Shown here: positions 1 to 9,600 of the stretch, in pieces
Position numbering within the stretch: the stretch's first letter is position 1
Layout: each line of letters opens with the position of its first letter
Assembly (NCBI GenBank): GCA_947306285.1
Contig: CAMZGB010000001.1
Coordinates: forward strand, 1-37,898
Origin: an uncultured Lachnospira sp.
GTDB lineage: Bacteria > Bacillota > Clostridia > Lachnospirales > Lachnospiraceae
Length of the DNA stretch: 37,898 nucleotides
Reading direction: 5' to 3'
Translations under genes and position numbers: made by a program
Notes under the pieces: model-generated
Seen by the model: the letters and a program-made list of their open reading frames with translations, nothing else
What the model was told of the DNA's origin: nothing
The model's database searches: none

Positions 1-60
1 TGCGATTTGACAGGGGGGTATGAAATCTATGACCCCTCCCCCGGGTACCGGGTATTATAC
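1..60. other. Probable genome-end (cos-proximal) G/C-run region
   Basis: GGGGGG (14-19) and GACCCCTCCCCCGGGTACCGGG runs in AT-rich non-coding DNA, downstream of the last gene. Resembles, from recall, the sequence preceding cohesive ends in 1706-like phages. Confidence 0.4.
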
Positions 61-193
61 GTGTCAGATATATTTTAAATTTTTTTAGAGACTATCATTA
101 TTCAAACATAGTCTTTTATTAATTAATATTGATTCATGCTATCAGCATACTTGCCAGAAGATAGTAATGAAATTAAAAGAGTGATAAAGACTC

Positions 194-885
194 ATTAATA
201 GTATTGTTAACAAGCCAGTTTAAACTTTGAAATATCTTTAATCAATGCTAGGTTGGGTTAATAGCATTATTAATAAACCGGTTTAAGCTTCAAAATATCT
301 TTAATTGATGCTAGACGGTATTAATAGTATTATTAGTAAACCAGTTTAAGCTTCGAAATATCTTTAACTGATACTAGATGGTATTAATAGTATTATTAAT
401 AAACCAGTTTAAGCTTTGAAATATCTTTAACTGATGCTAGATAGTATTAATAGACTAGTTTAAACTTAGAAATATCTTTAACTTATGCTAGACAGTATTA
501 ATAGACTAGTTTAAGCTTAGAAATATCTTTAACTGATGCTAGACATTATTAACAAATCAGTTTAAGCTTCGAAACATCTTTAATTGATGCTAAATGATAT
601 TAATAGCATTTCTGGTACCATAGTATAAGCTTTAAAATACCTTAAGCCAATGCCGAATGACATTAATAGTATTACTAATATACCAGTTGTAAACTTTAGA
701 ATATCTTTAACCGATGTCGGATGGTATTAATAGTATTGCTAGTACATCAGTTTAAGCTTCGAAATATCTTAAACCGATGCTGGATGGCATTAATAGCATG
801 CTGGTTTAAGCTTCGAAATATCTTTATTTAATATTAGATGGCATTAATAGTATTATTAATAAACTATTTTAAGATTTGAAATATA
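194..885. repeat. Degenerate non-coding tandem repeat, ~12 units of 63/51 bp
   Basis: Core GTTTAAGCTTCGAAATATCTTTAACTGATGCTAGA starts at 218, 281, 344, 407, 458, 509, 560, 623, 686, 750, 804 and 867. The consensus unit has stops in all six frames. Confidence 0.95.
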
Positions 886-924
886 ATTGCGGCTTGCCAT
901 GAGCTATCCCAAATATAAAGTAAA

Positions 925-979
925 AGCCCTATAAGAAAGTTTAGTAAAATACTTTTAAACCAAACAATCTTATAGGGCT
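925..979 (-). terminator. Hairpin/terminator after the last gene
   Basis: 12-bp inverted repeat AGCCCTATAAGA (925-936) / TCTTATAGGGCT (968-979), followed by TTTACTTT on the minus strand. Confidence 0.6.
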
Positions 980-985
980 AATTAC

Positions 986-1231
986 TCAATCTGGAATATC
1001 TTGAACTATTTTTTTGTAATTTCCAGTGATGTTGAGATCACATATCTCATCAATAGCTCGCTCTAGCTCTGCCTCATTATCGGCGTCACTTAAATTAGGA
1101 GAGGAATAGCAAACTCTAGCAAGATACTCGCAAGTAAAATATCTTTGCTGTTCATCAAATGCTTTCCATTCATCAAACTGGATTAGTGGATTATATGGAT
1201 TATCTTCAGTTGTAATTGCGATCTTTCTCAC
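986..1231 (-). CDS. Conserved phage hypothetical protein
   Basis: GTG start with AAGGAG RBS overlapping the end of the upstream gene; TTEDNPYNP...FDEW motif recalled from this phage group. Confidence 0.8.
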   Translation of the reverse strand: MRKIAITTEDNPYNPLIQFDEWKAFDEQQRYFTCEYLARVCYSSPNLSDADNEAELERAIDEICDLNITGNYKKIVQDIPD

Positions 1232-1238
1232 TACAGTC

Positions 1239-3974
1239 TTACACTCCTTCCTTTAAAGCTTTTGACAGTGCCGAAGTAGAAATGCCAAGCTCCTGAGCAA
1301 CCTCTGCTTGTGTATGGCCAGCATTAAGCCATGCCCTTGCACGAGAAAGGGTAGACGCGGATATCTTTACACCACTTTCATGAGGAGTTGCCCGTTTCTT
1401 TAGCGCTTCAGGATCAGAATATCTTAGAATTTCGCTAAGCATGCTATCGGAAATTGCTCCAGATTGGATTGCAGTCCATTCACGATCAGTAATCTCTATC
1501 GGGTGACGCCCAGCACTAGGATTATCTTTAGCCAGTCTAGCTCTAGCAGTGTTAATTGCATTGGCACGAACCTTTTTAAGTTTATCTTTATCGTCTTTCA
1601 GCTCGGGATTATCTTGTATTTTAGCAGAGACGGTTTTATTGGCAATTAACTGTGCTTGGCGTTCGAATGGTGCACTCTTTTTAGACACATTAAGTTTTGC
1701 TTTTAGAGTAGCAACTTCTTTAGCATAAGTTTTTGTAGCAGATGGATCTCTAACCAATTTTGGGGTATCATATTCCGACTTTCGAGCTTTATTAGCTAGG
1801 GCTTTAAGCCGATTGGCATGAGCTGCATAAACATCTTCAATAACCGTTCCAGAGGATAATTCATAGGCGTCATCAACATACAACATTTTCGGCAATTTAG
1901 TTTGAGCCTCTTTATATTTGCCAGTATGAATATAATTGCCATTAGAATCTTTCTTAATGACTTCGTATGTTCTTCCAGTTACTCGGAATATCTTTTTACC
2001 GGTTTCTGGATCAATACCGCCATTAACATAAGTTTCTTTTCGCTCTGGTATTCTAATCTCCGACTTGGATTTCGATATCAATGTCGATGCGCCTTTGTCC
2101 GCCCCTCCTTGGTATTTTGCTTTTAACTCGGCAATGCCATTATCATTATAAGATTGCTTCCAATTTAAATTATGCTTTTCAGCATCTATAACAACCATCG
2201 AATGCCGAACAGCTCTTGCGATTTCATCATCGCTAGCATTCTTAATGGTCATATCAGTAATTAAGTTGGAAACTTTACCCATCTCGGTCTGCTTATTAAA
2301 ACCATCGCCTTTTCCAACCTTAGTCATTCCAGGATAAGCCTGATACATATCCGATGGATTAAAGTCCTTAAGTTTTCTAAGAGACGACGACACCTTGACA
2401 TCATCAGCCGAGGATATCTTTTGACCACGAGTTGGTATAAGAACAACAGTATCGCCATCAAAATCCGCTCCAGATAATTGCTTCGCGACATTGGAGTTTA
2501 TGCCAACAGCATGTTCTGCTGCGCCAATAATATCTTTAGCATCTTTATTATGGTTATTTACAATAAGCCTGGGTATTTCAAACTTTCCAGCATGAGGATA
2601 TCTTATTAAGACCACTTCTTCTCCGTCGTTATATCTAGGAGCATATACCTCATTATCTTTAAGAGATGTAATTGGTAAAATAACATATGTACCTTGACGA
2701 GGAAGGGCCGCCGCCTTTAGATTTACTGCCGCAGAATCACATTCATCCGAAAACTCATTTAAAAGTTTTCTTTTGATAGTCGGATTCGTAAGCGCCATAA
2801 TATCTTCATATTGCTGCTCTTTCTGCTTATATGCTAAATCAAGTTGACGCTTCGCAAGTTGAACTGGCTGCTTGGATAAAAATTGAGCAGACAAACTACG
2901 ACTCCATTTATCCCAGTCAGAATCATCATTTACGATGTTCATAACGGTTTGGCGCCTCTCGCCATTGGAGTCTGTATAATATCCAGGACGAGTAACTGCC
3001 CCAAATGGGTTTGTCGGGTCGTCCTTAAGTAATTTAAGAACGGAGTTTTGGGAATCATCGCTCATCATCGGCACGCCTTTTTTTTTATTCGTATTGAACA
3101 TAATGTCTACGCCATCGGGCATATCATTCGAATATATGGCCATGCCTTTTAAGTAGTGCGTTCCGTCAACAGCAATTCGAACCTGTGCATAAGAACTAGC
3201 GCCAAGTGAAATATCCGGTACTCCTTTTCGAAGCTCAATCACTCCATCCTTATCCTCGCCGCCATCTTCTGCATACCGAATAGCTATCCGACTAGAACTA
3301 AGATTAACGGGGGGAGGGACTTCTCTAAGAACAGTGCCATGGTCTTCAAAATAAATTCCTTCCGGAGAGGATATCTTGTCTTGGTTTTCACGAACCTCTT
3401 TATATGTTACATCATCCTTCGTGAGAACCAACATTGGTGTTTTATGAGAAGGGTCGGATACTTGCGGCACTTCAAAACTATGAATTTTGTACCCTTGCTC
3501 TTCCAACATCTTAGCCGCAGTCTTCAATTGAGTGGAGCTGACATCTAACTGGAGTTCAACGCCCTTGCCAATATCTAAATATGGATGGTCTTCCACTTGC
3601 TTTTTAAGAGCTTCCGCCAATTGAGTTGCAGAGTCAACTCTTTGCTGCCTAGACGGTTGGAGTGCATATCTCACAAATCCTTCAGACTTACCAAGACGTT
3701 CTGCAATTGCTGTATTAGAATATCCTTTTTCTTTAAGCCTGAAAACTTCTGCCTGAAGTTCTTTATCTCGTTCATTAATTGCGATCTTATGCTTAGCCCG
3801 CAATTCAGTAACGCTCATCCCAAATGCGGCAGCTCTTTCTTTTTCACTAAGCCCCTGATCCTTAAGTTCTTTTTCTCTAGTAAGAAAATTCTTATTTCTT
3901 TGCGGGTTTTTTCCAGATCCCCAAGGATATCTTCCGGAATGCCTAGGGGTTCCATAATGTATTAAGTCGTCCAT
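1239..3974 (-). CDS. Putative single-chain two-barrel (YonO/QDE-1-like) RNA polymerase with N- and C-terminal HTH domains
   Basis: Ordered motifs DGVI, QVRI..LKGM, RYPH, LSGADFDGD (catalytic DxDGD, 2451-2471), MGKVSN and HSMVVIDAEK. HTH-like segments GYSNTAIAERLG and GHTQAEVAQELGIS. Confidence 0.8.
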   Translation of the reverse strand: MDDLIHYGTPRHSGRYPWGSGKNPQRNKNFLTREKELKDQGLSEKERAAAFGMSVTELRAKHKIAINERDKELQAEVFRLKEKGYSNTAIAERLGKSEGFVRYALQPSRQQRVDSATQLAEALKKQVEDHPYLDIGKGVELQLDVSSTQLKTAAKMLEEQGYKIHSFEVPQVSDPSHKTPMLVLTKDDVTYKEVRENQDKISSPEGIYFEDHGTVLREVPPPVNLSSSRIAIRYAEDGGEDKDGVIELRKGVPDISLGASSYAQVRIAVDGTHYLKGMAIYSNDMPDGVDIMFNTNKKKGVPMMSDDSQNSVLKLLKDDPTNPFGAVTRPGYYTDSNGERRQTVMNIVNDDSDWDKWSRSLSAQFLSKQPVQLAKRQLDLAYKQKEQQYEDIMALTNPTIKRKLLNEFSDECDSAAVNLKAAALPRQGTYVILPITSLKDNEVYAPRYNDGEEVVLIRYPHAGKFEIPRLIVNNHNKDAKDIIGAAEHAVGINSNVAKQLSGADFDGDTVVLIPTRGQKISSADDVKVSSSLRKLKDFNPSDMYQAYPGMTKVGKGDGFNKQTEMGKVSNLITDMTIKNASDDEIARAVRHSMVVIDAEKHNLNWKQSYNDNGIAELKAKYQGGADKGASTLISKSKSEIRIPERKETYVNGGIDPETGKKIFRVTGRTYEVIKKDSNGNYIHTGKYKEAQTKLPKMLYVDDAYELSSGTVIEDVYAAHANRLKALANKARKSEYDTPKLVRDPSATKTYAKEVATLKAKLNVSKKSAPFERQAQLIANKTVSAKIQDNPELKDDKDKLKKVRANAINTARARLAKDNPSAGRHPIEITDREWTAIQSGAISDSMLSEILRYSDPEALKKRATPHESGVKISASTLSRARAWLNAGHTQAEVAQELGISTSALSKALKEGV

Positions 3975-3983
3975 AAAATATCT

Positions 3984-4541
3984 TTACCTTTCCTCGCCAT
4001 ATCTATCGATTAATTCATCAAACCTGACAATCTTATCCATTATTGAAAATATCTTGTCAGAATCTGGCTCTTCTGAAATAATCTCATCCATTTGGTAAAT
4101 CCGAAGCTCAGTATGTTCAATTTCAGTAGGTTTAATATGATACTCCAAACAGAACAACGCATTATAAATTAACAGTTGCTTCATATCTGATGGGGTGACC
4201 CCACTTTTGTAGTCATGAATTCGAAGAACCCCATTTTTAAATGCTATAGCATCAGTAGTGCCAAAGCAATTATCTGAATAATATAAAGTAACCTCAGGAG
4301 TCATCTTGAACCCAATTGCATCGTTTACATACATGTTCAACGTCTTTTTGGATTTTGGCAATTTAATACCGAGCTCAATACATCTTTTTGCAAAGTCGTG
4401 AAGCTCGGTTCCTTTTTGTGCGGCTCTAAAATTCTGGAATGCGCTTATAAGCTTTTCATCATCATAATTTATCCAATGATACTTACTAGCGCCGAGGAAA
4501 GCATGACGCCCTTCAAGATTGAAATGCCTGTTGAAGATCAT
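3984..4541 (-). CDS. PD-(D/E)XK (DUF2800/Cas4-like) exonuclease
   Basis: HAFLGAS, GTELH, E...FGTTDAI and IHDYKSG...QL.IY motifs; start moved to ATG 4541 (AAGGAGG RBS). Confidence 0.8.
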   Translation of the reverse strand: MIFNRHFNLEGRHAFLGASKYHWINYDDEKLISAFQNFRAAQKGTELHDFAKRCIELGIKLPKSKKTLNMYVNDAIGFKMTPEVTLYYSDNCFGTTDAIAFKNGVLRIHDYKSGVTPSDMKQLLIYNALFCLEYHIKPTEIEHTELRIYQMDEIISEEPDSDKIFSIMDKIVRFDELIDRYGEER

Positions 4542-4803
4542 ACAAAACTTCCTCCTTATTCTCTGGGTAAATGAACCTACCAAATGACATAGAATCGGCT
4601 AAAGAAATATAATAATCCTGATTTGGCTGATGATGCTCAGTAGCAGATCTCTTGCATTCAAGAAGAGCCCATCTGTCGTTATAAAGAATAGTTAAATCAG
4701 GAAAACCTTGTATGTAATCAGGATCATTTTTTAATACAATGCAATCTGGAAAAATAGTTTTAAGCTCTCTAATTAGTTTAGTTTGAAAAGTACTTTCTAA
4801 CAT
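4513..4803 (-). CDS. VRR-NUC domain nuclease (putative Holliday junction resolvase)
   Basis: LES.FQ, GFPDL, LECK and QPNQ motifs. Confidence 0.85.
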   Translation of the reverse strand: MLESTFQTKLIRELKTIFPDCIVLKNDPDYIQGFPDLTILYNDRWALLECKRSATEHHQPNQDYYISLADSMSFGRFIYPENKEEVLYDLQQAFQS

Positions 4804-4854
4804 AAAAACTCCTCAAGAGCGAAAATTTTTAGGAGGGGCGCATTTTACTCCTCC

Positions 4855-4884
4855 TTCTATTATATGCGATGTTTTTTTTACGAA
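4855..4884 (-). promoter_or_regulatory. Phage promoter-like motif, copy 1
   Basis: TTCGTAAAAAAAACATCGCATATAATAGAA on the minus strand; upstream of the nuclease-RNAP operon. Confidence 0.8.
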
Positions 4885-4891
4885 CATCATA

Positions 4892-6115
4892 TTAATAGTA
4901 CGCTCTAATATTAAAATCTTTTTTGGTGGCTAATGCTCTAGATATGGCTAAGTCGATCCATGACGTGGACTTTAGTTGATAGTAGAACAAATCTTTAAAC
5001 GGAGTATTCATTCTATCTATTCTTCCAGATGCTTGGTGCATCATTTTATATGAATGGTTTAAAGAGTAAAATATAATTGTGTCGGTCTCAATACAATTCC
5101 ATCCTTCGCACCCAGCAGCATATTGAACCAAGTATACCCATTTATCCGATTGAGGTATCGGTTCATGCACGTGCCCATTCCATTCGGCAATTTGGCAACC
5201 ATAATCTATTCCTTTTAGTATTTCCAATTCGTAATCAAAGTTGTAAAATATAATTGCTTTAGGATGCTTAAGGCAAAGCTCTTTAATTGCCTTTGGCCTA
5301 CTTGGGTCGGAATTAACTATCTTTCTAAGAGTATATCCATATTCGGATGCATTTTTTATTGGTTTGTCGGTATATGGATTAAAACGCCGAGTCATTATAT
5401 CTTTAAAGAATAGTTTGTCGTATTCAACTGGAACTATTTTAGTATGCCTCATTGTTTCTCTTTGGTCCTCCATTTTTATTAATATATCTTTTCGAAGCCG
5501 CATTAAATGGCCTTCTCCAATATATCTTTCGACTTTTGGATACTTAGTATATGGAGCGTAAACAACATGCCGATCTTTGAATTCTGTTCGATTTTTATAG
5601 AAACCATTGGCTACAAAAATAGGAACATAGTCAAGCCAAGTATCTCCTGGAGTAGCACTTAGAAGAATCCATCCATTTTTTCTAGAAATATCTAGAAAAG
5701 ACTTAACCCAGACTCCAGAGCCTACCACTCGTTGCTCATCAAATATAAAGAACGATCCTGAAACTTTTCTATATTTTTTAATGTTGTTCCAAGAATCCAC
5801 GACAACAGAAATGTTCTTGCCATACAATGAAAACTCAGGATTTGAAGACATTAGGAAAAGCCCTAGTTCAGATTCCCATTCCTTCTTATCTCGCTTTTGT
5901 GCAGTTGTTATAATATATAAATCTAGAGGATCTTGCATAGGAATATAGTCTTCTGAATATCCATTCTCTAAACCATCTATAACACCGTGGCAATGCTTAC
6001 AAAAATAATAGGCAATGCCGGTTCTTGACTTTCCTGACCCAACATCCCCGCATAAGATGCACCCATTCTTCATTTGGCTCAAAGCGTTCCATTGAGGGTT
6101 AGATAGTATACTCAC
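4892..6115 (-). CDS. SF2 (SNF2/DEAD-like) DNA helicase
   Basis: GDVGSGKS Walker A, FDEQ, LSATPG, EGWN and QASGRIDR motifs. Confidence 0.9.
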   Translation of the reverse strand: MSILSNPQWNALSQMKNGCILCGDVGSGKSRTGIAYYFCKHCHGVIDGLENGYSEDYIPMQDPLDLYIITTAQKRDKKEWESELGLFLMSSNPEFSLYGKNISVVVDSWNNIKKYRKVSGSFFIFDEQRVVGSGVWVKSFLDISRKNGWILLSATPGDTWLDYVPIFVANGFYKNRTEFKDRHVVYAPYTKYPKVERYIGEGHLMRLRKDILIKMEDQRETMRHTKIVPVEYDKLFFKDIMTRRFNPYTDKPIKNASEYGYTLRKIVNSDPSRPKAIKELCLKHPKAIIFYNFDYELEILKGIDYGCQIAEWNGHVHEPIPQSDKWVYLVQYAAGCEGWNCIETDTIIFYSLNHSYKMMHQASGRIDRMNTPFKDLFYYQLKSTSWIDLAISRALATKKDFNIRAYY

Positions 6116-6140
6116 AAGAACACCTCACTAGAATATAATT

Positions 6141-6176
6141 GCCCGCCCCCAGAGCATTTCCAGAGGCGGGTCTTTT
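6141..6176. terminator. GC-rich hairpin between ssb and helicase
   Basis: GCCCGCCCC...GAGGCGGGTC followed by TTTT on the plus strand. Confidence 0.5.
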
Positions 6177-6184
6177 GAAATTAC

Positions 6185-6664
6185 TTAGTCATCCCAAGGA
6201 AGATCCCCATCGTCGTCTTCATTAAAGTCTTTATACTTCATGTCCAAATCATCCTGGACAACAGTGATGTACGCTTTCTTAAGATACGCCTTGACTCCAC
6301 TCTTTCCGTTCGCATTCCAAGAATAAGGACGAATAACTAAATCGACATTTTCAATCTCAGCGTAATCTAAGGAAGACACGGTCTCTTCATCAAGAAGAGT
6401 CTTACTCTTGCCAGAAATAAGCCAAACCTTGGGAGGATACTTTTCGTATCCAACGGAAACCTGGGTATACGGACGAGGTTCATCATCTTCATCACGAGGC
6501 TTGGTGTACTTGATGTTCCATCCGTCCTCGGCCATCACCTCGGCAGCATCCTCCGGAATATAAACACAGAAATTTCGCTTACCAGGAGGATTAAACTTCG
6601 TCTGCTTGCCAGAAAAATTTCTGAAGAAAATTCTAGCATTTTCAATTTTTAAAGTCTGTTCCAT
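6185..6664 (-). CDS. Single-stranded DNA-binding protein (phage type)
   Basis: FRNFSG...GKRNF and SGVKAYL motifs; acidic tail EDDDGDLPWDD; lies between polymerase and helicase; start MEQTL at 6664. Confidence 0.7.
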   Translation of the reverse strand: MEQTLKIENARIFFRNFSGKQTKFNPPGKRNFCVYIPEDAAEVMAEDGWNIKYTKPRDEDDEPRPYTQVSVGYEKYPPKVWLISGKSKTLLDEETVSSLDYAEIENVDLVIRPYSWNANGKSGVKAYLKKAYITVVQDDLDMKYKDFNEDDDGDLPWDD

Positions 6665-6687
6665 AATTATTCTCCTTTTTAAAAATA

Positions 6688-9600
6688 TCAATTAACAAAC
6701 CACTCAAAATCTCCATATTCGGAGATAGATGCGACTGCCTCATCAACCATAGCCCTATAATATCTATGGTCAATTTGGTCTTCCTTTCCAAGTTCTTTGA
6801 CCATTTCGGACTCCATCCAACGATAACCCTTAGAGCCGGTAGCAGCATTATAGGAACCATTCTGCTCTCGGCAAAGTATGCCTCCTCCAGCACCGTCAAC
6901 AACTGGGCAAAATGAACCAGCTTTGCCAACAAAAATATAATTGTGGCCCATAGCTATTAAATTCTTAAGGGATTCAACTCTCTGATTTTTCTCATCGCTA
7001 TTGTCTTCGCTCTTAAGAATCTTGGCTAGCTCCTTTTCAGCTTCGCTAACATCTGGCAGATCCTCATTCATATCCAAATATAAAGCGCTAGTAACCGTCT
7101 TAGCTTCACACAAATCTTTAAATTCAATAGGCTCGTGACTAAACAAAGTTTTGAATACGTACGGAACTTGAAACTGCGTTCCAGTTGCCGTCCAAGAATC
7201 TGGGTGTTTCTTATTGTCTTTCAAAATATCTTTGCTAGATTCCACATATTCCTTACCATAAAGAGAAATGCATTTATCAATGCTTGCATACTTCGCAATG
7301 TATACAGCATCATTTACTAAGCACATCCGGTCGTAAGTAGCTTCATGCTCGAAAGAATATCCATACTGCTTTCCATACTTGACAACGAAGGAGATTACTT
7401 CTGGAGTAGCATTAGGAATTTTTATAGAATCTGTCTTAATATGTGCAACTGAATAACCCATATCCTGAATCTCGTGCTTCAGATTTATCATAAACAGAGC
7501 TCCGCGCTTTGCCACAATATTATCTTTATTCCGAGGATCTCTAAATGGATTATCAAATTTGGCGGAGGTTAATCCATATACACTATTAATAGCGATTTTA
7601 AGTGCATAAGCAAGAGCATCAGCATTATCTCGGTCATCAAGATATGGAGCTAAAGCGCCATTAAACATTTGTTTTGCGGCATCGAAATCCCCATGTTTAA
7701 TTAAAACTCTTGCCGACTTAATATCACTAAAGTTTTTAGTATATGATCCAAACAAATTCAACTGCTCAATGCTTGTTGGGTGCATAGACGCAATATCCAG
7801 CAATGCCACATCTGTATAAATTCCAGGCTCAGAATATACATACCCTCCCTCTTTCGGGTCCTCGCCTCTATAAAAACTTTTATGCTCCTTAGATTCTGGG
7901 GTATATGTATAACCAGGAAAAATGGTGGACAAATCAGTATATACAAATTCGCTTTGCGGCTTCTTATTGCCTCTAAATATAATTTTAGTTGTTAACTGAT
8001 TTGTTGTATCATTTACAGTTGCGCTGCCTGTTAACTGCTTGGCAATATCTGCTAGAATTTGCCTTGCTATAAAATCGGCTTTCAGATGATTGAATACCGC
8101 TTCGGTAGCAACTACATCATTTACGCAGTAGTCAGCAACCTTGCCCCAAAGTTCCTCCGGAACTGGCTCATCCCAAGGTAGACCAAGCTCCTGATGATGA
8201 ATATCAAGCTCGATTTCCCACTTCTTTAAGCTTTGCTTTTTAGAGCTAAAGTCATAAATATCTGTGTAAGAAAGATTATATGCTTCGCCGAAAAACGCAT
8301 TAGGACTCCCAGATATTATTCTTTGAGAAAGCTCAAATAATTTTTCATTAGAATATCCTATTAGCCGACCATACAAAATATGATTATCATATCGTCTGTT
8401 GTTAAAACCTACAAGTTTATGCCTTATAAGTTCTTCAATATCTTTAGGCGAAGGATTAATCATTTTAACGCAAGGACTGTTTTGAGCTTTCCATACCACC
8501 ACAAATAGATTCTGGAATACCTCAACATCAAAGAATATAATTGTGTCATCCTCGAAGTCAGCATTAGATGACGCATCCTCAGATGCAAACTTCATATTGT
8601 TAACCATTTTTATACAATATGAAGAATTGTGGGTGCTTTTAGCAGCAAAGGATAATATTGCAGGACGAAGATTGGTTACATCATAAGAAACTCCGGAATT
8701 GTACGCATCATCCAAAGTTTTGAATATCAAGTCGATACTTGTTTTAGTAGCATACGGCTCATATTCTTTATTGATTGCCTTGCGAATTATCGTTCGAATT
8801 GCTTTCTCGTTTTTAACCCCCTCAAAGTTTACCACTCTTCGTTCCTCCTTAAATGGCAGACCGGAAGTAATAGTGGCAATTGGAATATTATTACACTTTG
8901 TGAGCTTTCTTCTAAGCGAGGACTTCCCAGTAAATACTTTTACCTCAATCTGCTCGCTATATACTCTTGAAAGGTTCTCCGCATCTCCAGAATATAAATA
9001 ATGCAAATGAATCCCAGTTCCACTCTTACTTAGTTCAGCATATGTTTGTGGCCAATGCGATGCAGCCTCTAAATTCTTCTTTAAGCTCTTCTTTCCATCA
9101 TCGCCACGAATATCAAAATCGATTACTATATGGCTTTGCCCCAATTCATTTTTAGGAAGCATCACATAATGAAGTTTTCCAGTCTTAATATCTTTCAGAG
9201 TGGTTGTGACATTATCCCATTTTTCTGCAGGCACCCCATCAGATGTTGCATACTGTGCTGGGAAATCTTTTGCTTCTTCATCAAATATTGATTCTTGCTT
9301 TGCAAAATTAAGCCAGCATGGAATATCATTGGAACTAGTAACTGCCGCAGCAATAATACCTGCAGCACCTATTGTTTCCGGAGCAGAGATAGCATCTTTA
9401 CCAATCTTAGTAATATCATTTTCTTGGCCGGCCACATTTAAAAATTCGTTCCCATAAATATCTTCTTGACTATAACCAAATTTCTCATATTTAAATCCGC
9501 TATAGTAATTTCGAAGACTATTACCATTTACATCTCGCGTTCTTTCTTCGAAATGCCTAAAATATGTTTTAAGCTCTTCTTTAAAGACTCGCTTCATATA

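Noticed and set aside
194..885. CRISPR array or repeat-coding ORF
   Set aside because: The whole unit is repeated and degenerate with no unique spacers, and there is no cas operon. Although most periods are multiples of 3, the consensus unit has stops in all six frames.
3984..4541. Cas4 of a CRISPR system
   Set aside because: It lacks the Fe-S cysteine cluster pattern and sits in a replication/recombination module, so it is a generic phage PD-(D/E)XK nuclease.
9320..9460. Intein or intron in the replicase
   Set aside because: It is a short low-complexity interdomain linker without C/S...HN splice motifs or a homing endonuclease.
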